A DNA stretch of 64,000 bases from Pseudonocardiaceae bacterium (GTDB taxonomy: Bacteria > Actinomycetota > Actinomycetes > Mycobacteriales > Pseudonocardiaceae). Where the stretch lies: contig DASTLT010000169.1 of assembly GCA_035714625.1 (NCBI GenBank), forward strand, positions 3,856-67,855, written 5' to 3'. The position numbers and the translations under genes were made by a program. Shown one piece after another: positions 28,294 to 36,982 of the stretch (position 1 is the stretch's first letter; each line of letters opens with the position of its first letter). The notes under the pieces are model-generated. The model searched no databases, was not told the origin of the DNA, and saw nothing but the letters and a program-made list of their open reading frames with translations.

Positions 28294-31200
28294 ATGTCCG
28301 TGGTCGTGGTGGCGGGGGCGTCACGTCTTCGCCACCACGCTGGTCCGAGTCCTGTGGGGGCGCGGTTGTACCGGTTTGTGGATGCGGCTGTGGTGCGGGC
28401 AGCGGTCTGCCTGCCTGGCGCGGTTCCGCCCTGGCCGGACTTGACCGGTGACACCGAAGAGCATGTGACGCAGTGGTGTCGCTGGCTGCAGCAGGTCTGG
28501 GCGACGGCGGGTTTCGCGGCGAGCGTTGAGGTCGCCAGCCCGACCCTGGCTCGCCGCATCTGGGAGATGTGCGACGGATATCGTCTGCCGACACGCCAAG
28601 TTCGGCGCGTGACGATTTCGGTCATCCGGTATCTGCTGCGAATGACAAGCCGTGCGACACCGTTCGGCTTGTTCTCCGGTGTGGCGCCGGTCGGGCTCGG
28701 GTCCGCACCCAAGATTTGGTTCGGTGAGAACCATCGCGCTGTCGCGCGGATCGATGCTGGATGGCTCGATGGGGTGATTACGCGCCTGGAGAACAGCCGC
28801 GAGCTGTGGCATCGGTTGCTGGTGGTGCGGAACAACCTCGCGTTCGTCCGCGACGGACGGCTGGTGGTGGGGTGCCAGCAGCAGGCTGGCGCAGCACGCG
28901 GGGCCGAGTCAGCGGAGGTATCGGTTCGCTACACCGAGGCCGTTCGGATTGTCCTGCAGGCCGCTGCGGCCCCTATTCGTCTGGGTGAGTTGGCCGGCAA
29001 GCTGGCGGCGGAGTTCCCGGACAGACCGGACGTCGTGATCAACGGGATGCTGGCCGGGTTGGTGGCGCAGCGCATGTTGGTCACCAACCTCCGCCCGCCG
29101 ATGACGGCCATCGATCCGCTGGCCCATGTCGTCAATGCGCTGGCCGCGGTGGGGGCCGACGCGGTGCCCGAGGTGGTCGGCCTGCTGAACGAGCTGCACG
29201 ACATCCACGCCGATCTGGCACGGCATAACGCCGCCTCACCCACCCAGGCCCGTAACCTCCGAGCGCGCGCCTTTCGCGGAATGGCGACGATCGTCACCGC
29301 TGAACGACCGGTCGCGGTGGACCTCCGGCTCGATGGCGGGTTGGTCCTGCCGCCCGCGGTGGTGCGGGAGGCTGAGAACACCGCAGCGGCGCTGGTCAGG
29401 CTGACCCCGCACCCGTTCGGCCCCCCGCGCTGGCAGGAGTACCATCGGCGGTTCTGCGAACGATATGGACTCGGTGCCCTGGTCGGCGTCCACGATTTGC
29501 TCGACGTCGACAGTGGACTCGGGTTTCCCGCCGGCTACCGCGATTCACGCCTGAACCACCCAGCCACCCCCGGTCTGACCGAGCGTGATGTGGCCCTGTT
29601 GGCGTTGGCGCAAAACGCCGCACTGCGGCAGCAAACGGATGTCGTGCTCGATGACACTATGATCGCCAACCTCTCGGCTGGGGCCGTTGACAAGATCCAG
29701 CCGCAGCCGCACACCGAGCTCCGGTGCCGCATCTACGCGCCCAGCACTGAGGCGCTCAGTCGGGGTGAATTCCAGCTCGCGATCACCGGGGTATCCCGCG
29801 CGGCCGGCACCACAACCGGGCGGTTTCTCGACCTTCTCGACGCTGCCGACCGAGACCGCATGTTCCACGCCTACGCCGCGCTTCCCACCGTCAGCGAGGA
29901 TGCCGTGCGGGTACAGGTATCCGGGCCTGCCCTGTACCCGCGTGCCGACAACATCGCCCGCTGCCCCGCCGTGCTGCCACACCTGCTGTCGCTGGCCGAA
30001 CACCATTCCGGCAACACCGGCATCATCCCATTGGACGACCTCGCGGTGAGCGCCGACAGCGAACGCCTCTACTTGATTTCGCTTTCCCGCCAGCGACCAG
30101 TGGAACCGACTGTGCTCAGCGCGGTGGAACTCACCAACCACGCCCATCCGCTCCTGCGGTTCCTGGTCGAGATCGCCACCGCTCGTACCGCGGCGTGCGT
30201 CCCCTTCACCTGGGGCGAGGCTGGGCGATTGCCATTCCTGCCGAGAATTCGCTACCGGCGTTCGATCTTGTGCCCGGCCATGTGGACGCTGACCGCGACC
30301 GACCTTCCGGGAGCAGCCGCGACGTGGCAGGAGTGGGTGGACAGCCTGGTCGCATGGCGAGACCAGTGCCGTGTTCCGGCCTCGGTCTACCTCGGCGATG
30401 GCGATCGGCGGATTCGCCTGGACTTGGCCGAACCCGCCCACCTCACCGTGCTGCGTACTGACCTGGAGCGCAACGGTCACGCCACGGTGCGCGAGGCGCC
30501 GGATGCCAGCGCGTTGGGATGGATCGACGGGCGTGCCCACGACATCGTTATTCCGCTCGCCGCCGCCCAGCCTGCTGCTCCGGGCCCGGCGCGATTGGAC
30601 CGCGTGCTCAGCCGCGAGCACGGGCATCTCCCTGGCAGCAGCGAGTGGCTCTACGTCAAGCTGTACGGGCACCCGGACCGGCAGACCGCCATCCTCACCA
30701 CGCACCTGTCCACCCTGCTGTCCACATGGGACAATGAACCTGACTGGTGGTTCCTGCGCTACCACGACCCCGAGAAGCATCTCCGCCTGCGCATCCGTCT
30801 CCGAGATGCTGGCGACTTCGGACCGGTCGCCGCGCGGATCGCCGAGTGGACAGCCGGGCTACGACGGCTCGGCCTCGTGGGCCAGGTGCAGTGGGACACC
30901 TACTACCCGGAGACCGGACGCTTCGGCAGGGACGCGGCGATGGCCGCGGCAGAGTCGGTGTTCGCCGCCGATTCGGCCGCGGTGATCGCCCAACTGCAAG
31001 CGACCAATCACCGTGGCCCGCACCCGCACGCCGTCATCGCCGCGAGCATGGTCGACCTGGCCATCACCGTCACCGGCAGTATCAGCAATGGGATGCGCTG
31101 GCTAATCAGCCACCTCCGCACGCCCTCCATCCCGGCCCCGCCCCGCGAGGTCCATCACCAAGCAATCCGCCTGGCCAATCCGCACAACGACTGGGCCGCA

Positions 31201-31446
31201 CTCCGGGCGATACCCGGCGGCGACGACATCGCGGCGTCGTGGACGCTACGGCGCACTGCGCTTGCCCGGTATCGCGACGCGCTCGCCACCGAGGACCAGT
31301 TCCCCCCGGACGCAGTGCTAGCGGATCTGCTGCACCTGCATCACGCCCGCATGTCAGGAATCTCCACGGACACCGAGTGGGCCTGCCGCCGCCTGGCCCG
31401 GGCCGCCGCCCTGAGCTGGACCGCGCGAACCCAAGGAGCCCCGTGA
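28294..31446 (+). CDS. class I lanthipeptide dehydratase LanB (full length: glutamylation + elimination domains)
   Basis: 1050 aa. N-terminal YRFVDAAVVRAAV...ASPTLARRI, typical of Lant_dehydr_N. C-terminal SpaB_C-type blocks WLYVKLYGHPDRQ, WWFLRYHDPEKHLRLRIRL, YYPETGRFG, LLHLHHARMSG. Confidence 0.9.
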   Translation: MSVVVVAGASRLRHHAGPSPVGARLYRFVDAAVVRAAVCLPGAVPPWPDLTGDTEEHVTQWCRWLQQVWATAGFAASVEVASPTLARRIWEMCDGYRLPTRQVRRVTISVIRYLLRMTSRATPFGLFSGVAPVGLGSAPKIWFGENHRAVARIDAGWLDGVITRLENSRELWHRLLVVRNNLAFVRDGRLVVGCQQQAGAARGAESAEVSVRYTEAVRIVLQAAAAPIRLGELAGKLAAEFPDRPDVVINGMLAGLVAQRMLVTNLRPPMTAIDPLAHVVNALAAVGADAVPEVVGLLNELHDIHADLARHNAASPTQARNLRARAFRGMATIVTAERPVAVDLRLDGGLVLPPAVVREAENTAAALVRLTPHPFGPPRWQEYHRRFCERYGLGALVGVHDLLDVDSGLGFPAGYRDSRLNHPATPGLTERDVALLALAQNAALRQQTDVVLDDTMIANLSAGAVDKIQPQPHTELRCRIYAPSTEALSRGEFQLAITGVSRAAGTTTGRFLDLLDAADRDRMFHAYAALPTVSEDAVRVQVSGPALYPRADNIARCPAVLPHLLSLAEHHSGNTGIIPLDDLAVSADSERLYLISLSRQRPVEPTVLSAVELTNHAHPLLRFLVEIATARTAACVPFTWGEAGRLPFLPRIRYRRSILCPAMWTLTATDLPGAAATWQEWVDSLVAWRDQCRVPASVYLGDGDRRIRLDLAEPAHLTVLRTDLERNGHATVREAPDASALGWIDGRAHDIVIPLAAAQPAAPGPARLDRVLSREHGHLPGSSEWLYVKLYGHPDRQTAILTTHLSTLLSTWDNEPDWWFLRYHDPEKHLRLRIRLRDAGDFGPVAARIAEWTAGLRRLGLVGQVQWDTYYPETGRFGRDAAMAAAESVFAADSAAVIAQLQATNHRGPHPHAVIAASMVDLAITVTGSISNGMRWLISHLRTPSIPAPPREVHHQAIRLANPHNDWAALRAIPGGDDIAASWTLRRTALARYRDALATEDQFPPDAVLADLLHLHHARMSGISTDTEWACRRLARAAALSWTARTQGAP

Positions 31447-32690
31447 GTCGACTCATTCCGGACGCGTTGGCCATGGCCACCGCGATCGCCTCCCGCTTGG
31501 CCGACCCGCACGCGGTCGGCACGCCCGGTGCTGTTGCAGGGGGCCGAGGTCGCCGTCGTCCCCAATCGCTGGCCGGCGGCGCAGCGGGTATCGCCCTGCT
31601 GCACATCGAACGCGCCTACACCGGCCACGGCGACTGGAACACGGCCCACGCCTGGCTGACTGCCGCCGTCCGCGACGAGTTGAGCGTCGGCCCCAACGCT
31701 GGCCTGTACTTCGGCGCGCCGACCCTGGCGTTCGTCACCAACGCCGCCGCCAACCAGCCCGGCAAGTACGAGCGAGCGCTCGCCCAACTCGACGCGAGCA
31801 CCGTTATCGTGACCCGACGCCGTCTCGACCGAGCCCATGCCCGCATCGACCGTGGCGAGCGGCCCCTGATGGCCGAGTTCGACGTCATCCGAGGCCTGAC
31901 CGGCTTCGGCGTCTACCACCTGCGGCGCCACCCGGACGATGACATCACGCGAGCCGTACTGTCCTACCTCGTCCGGCTGACCGAACCGCTTCCGGGCAGC
32001 ACCGACGGTCTACCGGGCTGGTGGACCGACGTTTCTCTGAACGGCGAGCCTTCACCGGACCTTCCCGGCGGTCACGGCAACTTCGGCATGTCGCACGGCA
32101 TCGCCGCCCCGCTGGCGTTGCTGTCGCTCGCCATGCTGCGGGGCGTCGTCGTGGAGGGACACACCGACGCCATCGCCCGGATCTGCGCCTGGCTGGACGC
32201 ATGGCAACAGGAGCACCCATCCGGTCCATGGTGGCCTGGGTACATCACCCTCGAACATGTCCACAAAGGACGTGTCGAGAACTCCAGCCAGCAATGCCCG
32301 TCGTGGTGCTACGGCACGCCCGGTGTTGCCCGCGCCCAACAACTCGCCGGTCTGGCTAGCGGCGATTTCGCACGGCAACGCACCGCCGAGGCGGCCATGC
32401 TCGGCTGCCTTCGCGATCCTGACCAACTCGACCGCCTCCCCGAAACGGGCCTGTGCCACGGCATGGCCGGCCTGTTCCAGACCGCTTGGCGGATGGCTGC
32501 CGACGCCAGCACACCCGACATCGCGGCTGAGTTGCCGGGGCTGGCGACAAGGCTGCTCGCCAGGTTCCGTGCGGCACCCGAGGAGGTGGAGTTCCTCGAC
32601 GGGCACGCGGGCGTGGCTCTCGCCCTGCACACCGCTGGAACCGACACCGCCCCGCTCACGCACTGGGACGCGTGCTTGCTTCTCGCCTAA
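31443..32690 (+). CDS. lanthionine synthetase C-family cyclase LanC
   Basis: GTG 31443 overlaps the LanB stop (GTGA). 415 aa. Motifs GAAGIALL, GHGNFGMSHGIAAPLALL, CPSWCYGTPGVA, GLCHGMAGL (Zn ligands Cys/Cys/His). The 647-aa ORF-track version is an out-of-frame upstream extension. Confidence 0.9.
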   Translation: MSRLIPDALAMATAIASRLADPHAVGTPGAVAGGRGRRRPQSLAGGAAGIALLHIERAYTGHGDWNTAHAWLTAAVRDELSVGPNAGLYFGAPTLAFVTNAAANQPGKYERALAQLDASTVIVTRRRLDRAHARIDRGERPLMAEFDVIRGLTGFGVYHLRRHPDDDITRAVLSYLVRLTEPLPGSTDGLPGWWTDVSLNGEPSPDLPGGHGNFGMSHGIAAPLALLSLAMLRGVVVEGHTDAIARICAWLDAWQQEHPSGPWWPGYITLEHVHKGRVENSSQQCPSWCYGTPGVARAQQLAGLASGDFARQRTAEAAMLGCLRDPDQLDRLPETGLCHGMAGLFQTAWRMAADASTPDIAAELPGLATRLLARFRAAPEEVEFLDGHAGVALALHTAGTDTAPLTHWDACLLLA

Positions 32691-32711
32691 CCACGAAGGA
32701 ACTCCACCAGC

Positions 32712-33602
32712 ATGAACGATGACCTCGATCCGCACCCCGCGCAGCATTCCTGGCGTCAGGTGTTCATCCACTTCCACGACTACGCCGTTGCCGAACACAT
32801 CAGCAGCGTCCACATCGGTCTGGAACTGGCCAGCGCCGAGACGGCCAGGCAGATCTCGTCGTGGTTCTTCACGCGCAAGAACCCGTGCTGGCGACTGCGT
32901 TTCCGGCCAGCGCGTGACAGCGCCGAACAGAATGGGGCGTTCGTCCATCAGCGACTCGACAGGTTGCAAGCCGCCGGCCACATTGCGAACTGGGTCGAGA
33001 CCCTCTACGAACCAGAGACCTACGCCTTCGGCGGCGCGGAAGGTATGACCCTGGCTCACCGCCTCTTCCACGCCGACAGCCGACACATCCTCGCCTACCT
33101 CGCCAACCAAGGCGCGAACACGTCCGGCGGCCGCGGCGACCAACGGCGCGAGCTGTCCGTGCTGCTGTGCAGCATCCTGATGCGCAGCGCGAGACAAGAC
33201 TGGTACGAACAGGCAGACATCTGGGCACGCGTCGCCGAGTTCCGGCCCCATCCACCCGGCACGCCCTCCGGCTCGCTGAGCCGCCTGGAATCCGGCGTCC
33301 GGCGGCTGATGACCGTGGACACGAGCCCCGCCAGCCCTCTCCTGCAGGAACGCGGATCGAGGGCCTTTCTCTCCGAGTGGGCCGCGGCCTTCGCCGACGC
33401 AGGCCAGACCCTGGGCGAGCTTGCCCGCAACGGCACGTTGCGCCGGGGTCTGCGCGCCGTCCTCGCGCACCACATCATCTTCCACTGGAACCGGCTCGGT
33501 CTGCCATCCACTACGCAAAGCCTGCTCGCTTACACCGCCAAGGCGGTCGTCCTGGGCAGTGATGAGAGTGGCGCGGTCCCCGGCACCACCGAGGTCTGCT
33601 GA
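32712..33602 (+). CDS. stand-alone LanB C-terminal-like (SpaB_C / 'thiopeptide-type bacteriocin biosynthesis') domain protein
   Basis: 296 aa. WRQVFIHFHD..., SSWFFTRKNPCWRLRFRP, LYEPETYAFGG and LAHHIIFHWNRLGL parallel the elimination-domain blocks of the adjacent LanB. Confidence 0.75.
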   Translation: MNDDLDPHPAQHSWRQVFIHFHDYAVAEHISSVHIGLELASAETARQISSWFFTRKNPCWRLRFRPARDSAEQNGAFVHQRLDRLQAAGHIANWVETLYEPETYAFGGAEGMTLAHRLFHADSRHILAYLANQGANTSGGRGDQRRELSVLLCSILMRSARQDWYEQADIWARVAEFRPHPPGTPSGSLSRLESGVRRLMTVDTSPASPLLQERGSRAFLSEWAAAFADAGQTLGELARNGTLRRGLRAVLAHHIIFHWNRLGLPSTTQSLLAYTAKAVVLGSDESGAVPGTTEVC

Positions 33603-33705
33603 AGTATCAGGAATGACCACCACTGTCAGCGACGCTTTCGTGGTCTTCGCCGACGAGCTGGGCCTCACGCTGACCGGCGAGCTGTGAGCGGTGAGGAGTG
33701 ACGGG

Positions 33706-34812
33706 ATGGACGCCACCGGGCCGTTGGCTCGCCGCTTTCCGCTCGTCGCCCGCCTACGCCCGGCCTGCACTCCTCTCCCCCAGCGCGTGGCGGACCTGTG
33801 CGACCGAGCCCGGAAGGCCGAACGGGACAGCGACCTGGCAGCCGCAGCCGCCGTCCACAACCTGGCAGCGCTCGTTGCCTCGGACTGCGGCCTACCCAAC
33901 CTGGCCCGACAGTGGTGTCACCGCCAAGCGAACCTGTACCTGCGCGCCTGTCCCCTGAGCGCTCAGGCAGCGCGTCACGCCCTCGAACCGCTGATCAACC
34001 TTGCCCGTCTGCACATCCGCGACGGCCAGGGCGAGCGCGCCTTCGACCTCGTCGACGCCCTCTACACCGCTGTCTGCGCCCGCACCCATGCCACCATCGA
34101 CGGCGTGGAGATACCCGCTCACCTCATCCATTCCCGGGAGGCACATCAGGAAGTCCGCCGCTGGCTGTGGGCGGTCCTGCTGGCCACCGGTGCCCGCGCT
34201 CTCGCCACCGCCGGACACTGGCAGGAAGCCTGCGCCTGCCTGCGCGACCACAAGGGCATCGGCCGCCGCATGCTCGACGGCCGCCAAGTCGCGGTCATTG
34301 CCCACGCCACGTCCGGGGACACCGAAGAGGCCCTCGCCCTTCTGGACGGCACCGAGCACGGAGAGCCATGGGAGAACGCGGTCACTGCCTGCCTCACCAT
34401 GCAATGCCGCAGCGGCTCGGGCACCGCGAGCCTGGAGCCCCTCCTGGACCACTACCGCGTGCTCGGCACCCCGGCACCTGGCGTGGCGGTCTTTCACACC
34501 CGCCTGGGCCTGTCCTTCCTCGACGCCATCGGCATCCCCGGCAACCCCCTCGCACACCGGATCGCCACCGACCTGATCGGCTATACCACCGCTGCGCAAG
34601 ACGGATACGCCGCCCGTGACCTCCTCGCCCACAGCGGCTGCAACCACCTCCTCACCGACACCCAAACACACGAACTGACCGGCCTGGTCGAAGCATGCGC
34701 GCTCGGACGCGGCACGTTCCCCGCGACGCTGCTGGCGGCTCTCACGACCGCGCTGGCCAGCGTTGACGAGGTCATCGCGCGCACGGTAGCGGGCAAGAGA
34801 AGGGCATACTGA
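33706..34812 (+). CDS. hypothetical all-helical (TPR-like repeat) protein co-oriented with the lanthipeptide genes
   Basis: ATG 33706 lies 7 nt after GAGGAG (the ORF-track GTG 33691 is less likely). 368 aa, Ala/Leu/His-rich with a repeating helical character. No catalytic motif recognised. Confidence 0.5.
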   Translation: MDATGPLARRFPLVARLRPACTPLPQRVADLCDRARKAERDSDLAAAAAVHNLAALVASDCGLPNLARQWCHRQANLYLRACPLSAQAARHALEPLINLARLHIRDGQGERAFDLVDALYTAVCARTHATIDGVEIPAHLIHSREAHQEVRRWLWAVLLATGARALATAGHWQEACACLRDHKGIGRRMLDGRQVAVIAHATSGDTEEALALLDGTEHGEPWENAVTACLTMQCRSGSGTASLEPLLDHYRVLGTPAPGVAVFHTRLGLSFLDAIGIPGNPLAHRIATDLIGYTTAAQDGYAARDLLAHSGCNHLLTDTQTHELTGLVEACALGRGTFPATLLAALTTALASVDEVIARTVAGKRRAY

Positions 34813-35006
34813 CGTTCCCTGAACGAACAGCCATCCTCGCCGGTCGGGCTCACGTAGGGCGTGCACTATGGGGCTCCGGGCCGCCGTGTCGCATCCCGGC
34901 ACGGCTCGTAAGGCGTGGGCGCGGTGTCGACGAAGGCTTTGGACGGATCGAACGGATCGAGCAGCTCCCGAGGACCGGGCGAAAGCATTCTTTAGCGAAC
35001 GGCCGG

Positions 35007-35597
35007 GTGTGGTCGCTTGCCGCGAATCGAGATCACATCATGGCTGCCTGCGGTGATGGCCAGGTGCGGGTGTGGTCGTTACGCGATGAAAGGGGACCAC
35101 TCACCTTCAACGACGACCAGGAGCGTACGTGGTCGGTGACCGCACCCCAGGCCCAGTATCTCGCCGCCAGTACCGGCGACGGGCATGTTCGGTTATGGGA
35201 TCTGGTTTCTGGAGAGATGCTGTGGGAGCGTGATGCCGACGCGGGCCGGGTGCGATCTGTAGTTGATCCACCCGGCACTCGATTGGCTGTCGGCTCAGGC
35301 ACCGGCGACATCTACGTACGCGACGTTGTCGTCGGCAGGTTCACGGCCCACCTTCCCGACCATAGGGGCCGCGTGCTGATGCTGGGTTTCCCTGCCAACC
35401 CCGACCGGCTGATTTCCGCGGCTGCGGACGGTACAGCGAGGATCTGGTCGCTGAGCGAGCAGCGCCAGATCGCCGAGGTGCGGATCGACGCCTCGCTGCA
35501 CTGCGCAGCATACGACCCGACGACTGGCCGTCTGCTCGCGGCCAGCGCCGCCGGTCTCGCCATGGTGACCGTCGACCTCCCCTGTCCGGGACAGTGA
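35007..35597 (+). CDS. WD40-repeat protein fragment (about 4-5 blades; probably a truncated remnant)
   Basis: Repeats ending GDGQVRVWSL, GDGHVRLWDL, GTGDIYVRDV, ADGTARIWSL. Too short for a 7-bladed propeller. It contains TTA Leu codons and no convincing start or SD. Its stop overlaps the next start (GTGA). Confidence 0.55.
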   Translation: MWSLAANRDHIMAACGDGQVRVWSLRDERGPLTFNDDQERTWSVTAPQAQYLAASTGDGHVRLWDLVSGEMLWERDADAGRVRSVVDPPGTRLAVGSGTGDIYVRDVVVGRFTAHLPDHRGRVLMLGFPANPDRLISAAADGTARIWSLSEQRQIAEVRIDASLHCAAYDPTTGRLLAASAAGLAMVTVDLPCPGQ

Positions 35598-36799
35598 AGG
35601 AACTACTAAATATGCCCAAGGCAGCTCACGAGGAGCCACTAGCCGACGCACCGCCAATTCTTAGCAATGTGCCCGGATCATTCGCCTGGGGTGTTTTCCA
35701 CCAGCGGCATCCCGCCCTGGTGAAGCAGATACGCGACGCCTTCCCCTACCCTCCCGCCCAGGATAACGCGGTCGCCCGTCTCGGCAGGAGTCCTCGGCGG
35801 GACTGATCGCACCACTGGGTCGGCACGCGCATGATCATGAGGCGTGGGATGACTGGGGTCGGGACTACTTCGGTCAGCGGTGGATCGATGTTCCCTTTCT
35901 ATGGGCGGAGAGCTATTTCTACCGCAGGCTCCTCGACGCCACCGGATTCTTCGAACCTGGTCCGTGGGCCGGTATCGACCCTTTCGCACCGTTCAAGAAT
36001 GCCGAACTGGGTGACGCCTCGCTCGATACCGAGCTCGCGGTGCTGGACGACGTGCTGTCGCTGCCCGCGACCGAGCAAGCGTCCGGATTGCTGCACGCAT
36101 CGCTGTGGGGCAACCGCGCGGACCTGGGGTTCAGGATCTCGGCTGGAGCGACCGCAGGACCTGATGAGGTGACCGGCCTCGTGGCCGATGACCGCGCGCT
36201 GCTGTGGTCGATGCTAACCAGCCGGTCACTGCGGAGATCTGCCTGGTGGCCGACAATGCCGGGCGCGAACTGCTCTCTGACCTGGTTCTCATCGACCACC
36301 TGTTGTCGGGCGGCCACGCGGACACGGCGACGCTGCACATCAAGCCCCACCCGTACTACATCTCCGACGCGACCACTGCAGACCTGATCGCGTGCTTGTG
36401 CCGACTCGCCTGCGCCCCAGCGCGGCTCGCCAAGGTAGGCAAACGGTTGTGGCAAGCCATCCAGACCGGGCAGCTCGTCGTACAGACCCATGCCTTCTTT
36501 TGCGCGCCGTTGTCGTATCATTATATGCCGGCTGATCTCGCTGCGCGGTTTAGCTCGGCATCGCTCACGGTCATGAAGGGCGACCTGAACTACCGGCGGT
36601 TCGTCGGCGACTGCCAGTGGCCGGCGACGACACCTTTCGGCTCCTTGGCCCGTTACTTTCCCAGGCCGGTCGCCGCGCTGCGCACGCTGAACCCGACGTC
36701 GTCGTCGGCATCGACGTGCCGGTGCGGTCGGCGTTGGACGCCACTGGCGAGCAATGGCGAACGAACGGCACCCGCGCCCTGATTCAGGTGCGACCATAG
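35594..36799 (+). pseudogene. DUF89 / ARMT1-like damage-control phosphatase gene with at least three -1 frameshifts
   Basis: Homology runs through three reading frames with one return: SFAWGVFHQRHPALVKQIRDAFPYPP (35594 frame); ESSAGLIAPL...WIDVPFLWAESYFYRRLLDATGFF...LHASLWGNRADLG (shift ~35782); ICLVADNAGRELLSDLVLIDHLL...MKGDLNYRRFVGD (shift ~36200); DVVVGIDVPVRSALDATGEQWRTNGTRALIQVRP* (shift ~36693). Confidence 0.65.
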
Positions 36800-36982
36800 G
36801 AATCCCGGGTCGGCGCCGACCGATGCCAAGTGATTGTGGTGATCTGTCTGGGACGGGAGACCACCATGATCCGCGATGGGGGCAGATGCGATGGACGATA
36901 CCAGCCGCGATAACGTCACGTCCCAAGACGGGGCCGGGATCTGTCCGATCCCGGTGCCCACAAACGGGAGGAAGGCAGCCGG

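Noticed and set aside
30747-32690. A 647-aa LanC with a long N-terminal extension
   Set aside because: The upstream 232 codons overlap lanB out of frame and are Arg/Pro/Gly-rich with no LanC similarity. A GTG at 31443 overlaps the lanB stop and gives a normal 415-aa LanC.
26814-33602. Reading the cluster as a thiopeptide or pyritide pathway because of the 'thiopeptide-type' domain protein
   Set aside because: There is no YcaO/cyclodehydratase, no dehydrogenase and no split LanB. The core has a lanthipeptide-like Cys/Thr pattern with only two Ser. LanC is present.
32052-33899. 615-aa minus-strand ORF across lanC and the SpaB_C-like gene
   Set aside because: It is an antisense shadow ORF typical of high-GC DNA (Arg/Gly/Pro/Ala-rich, no motifs). 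The plus-strand genes have clear family motifs.
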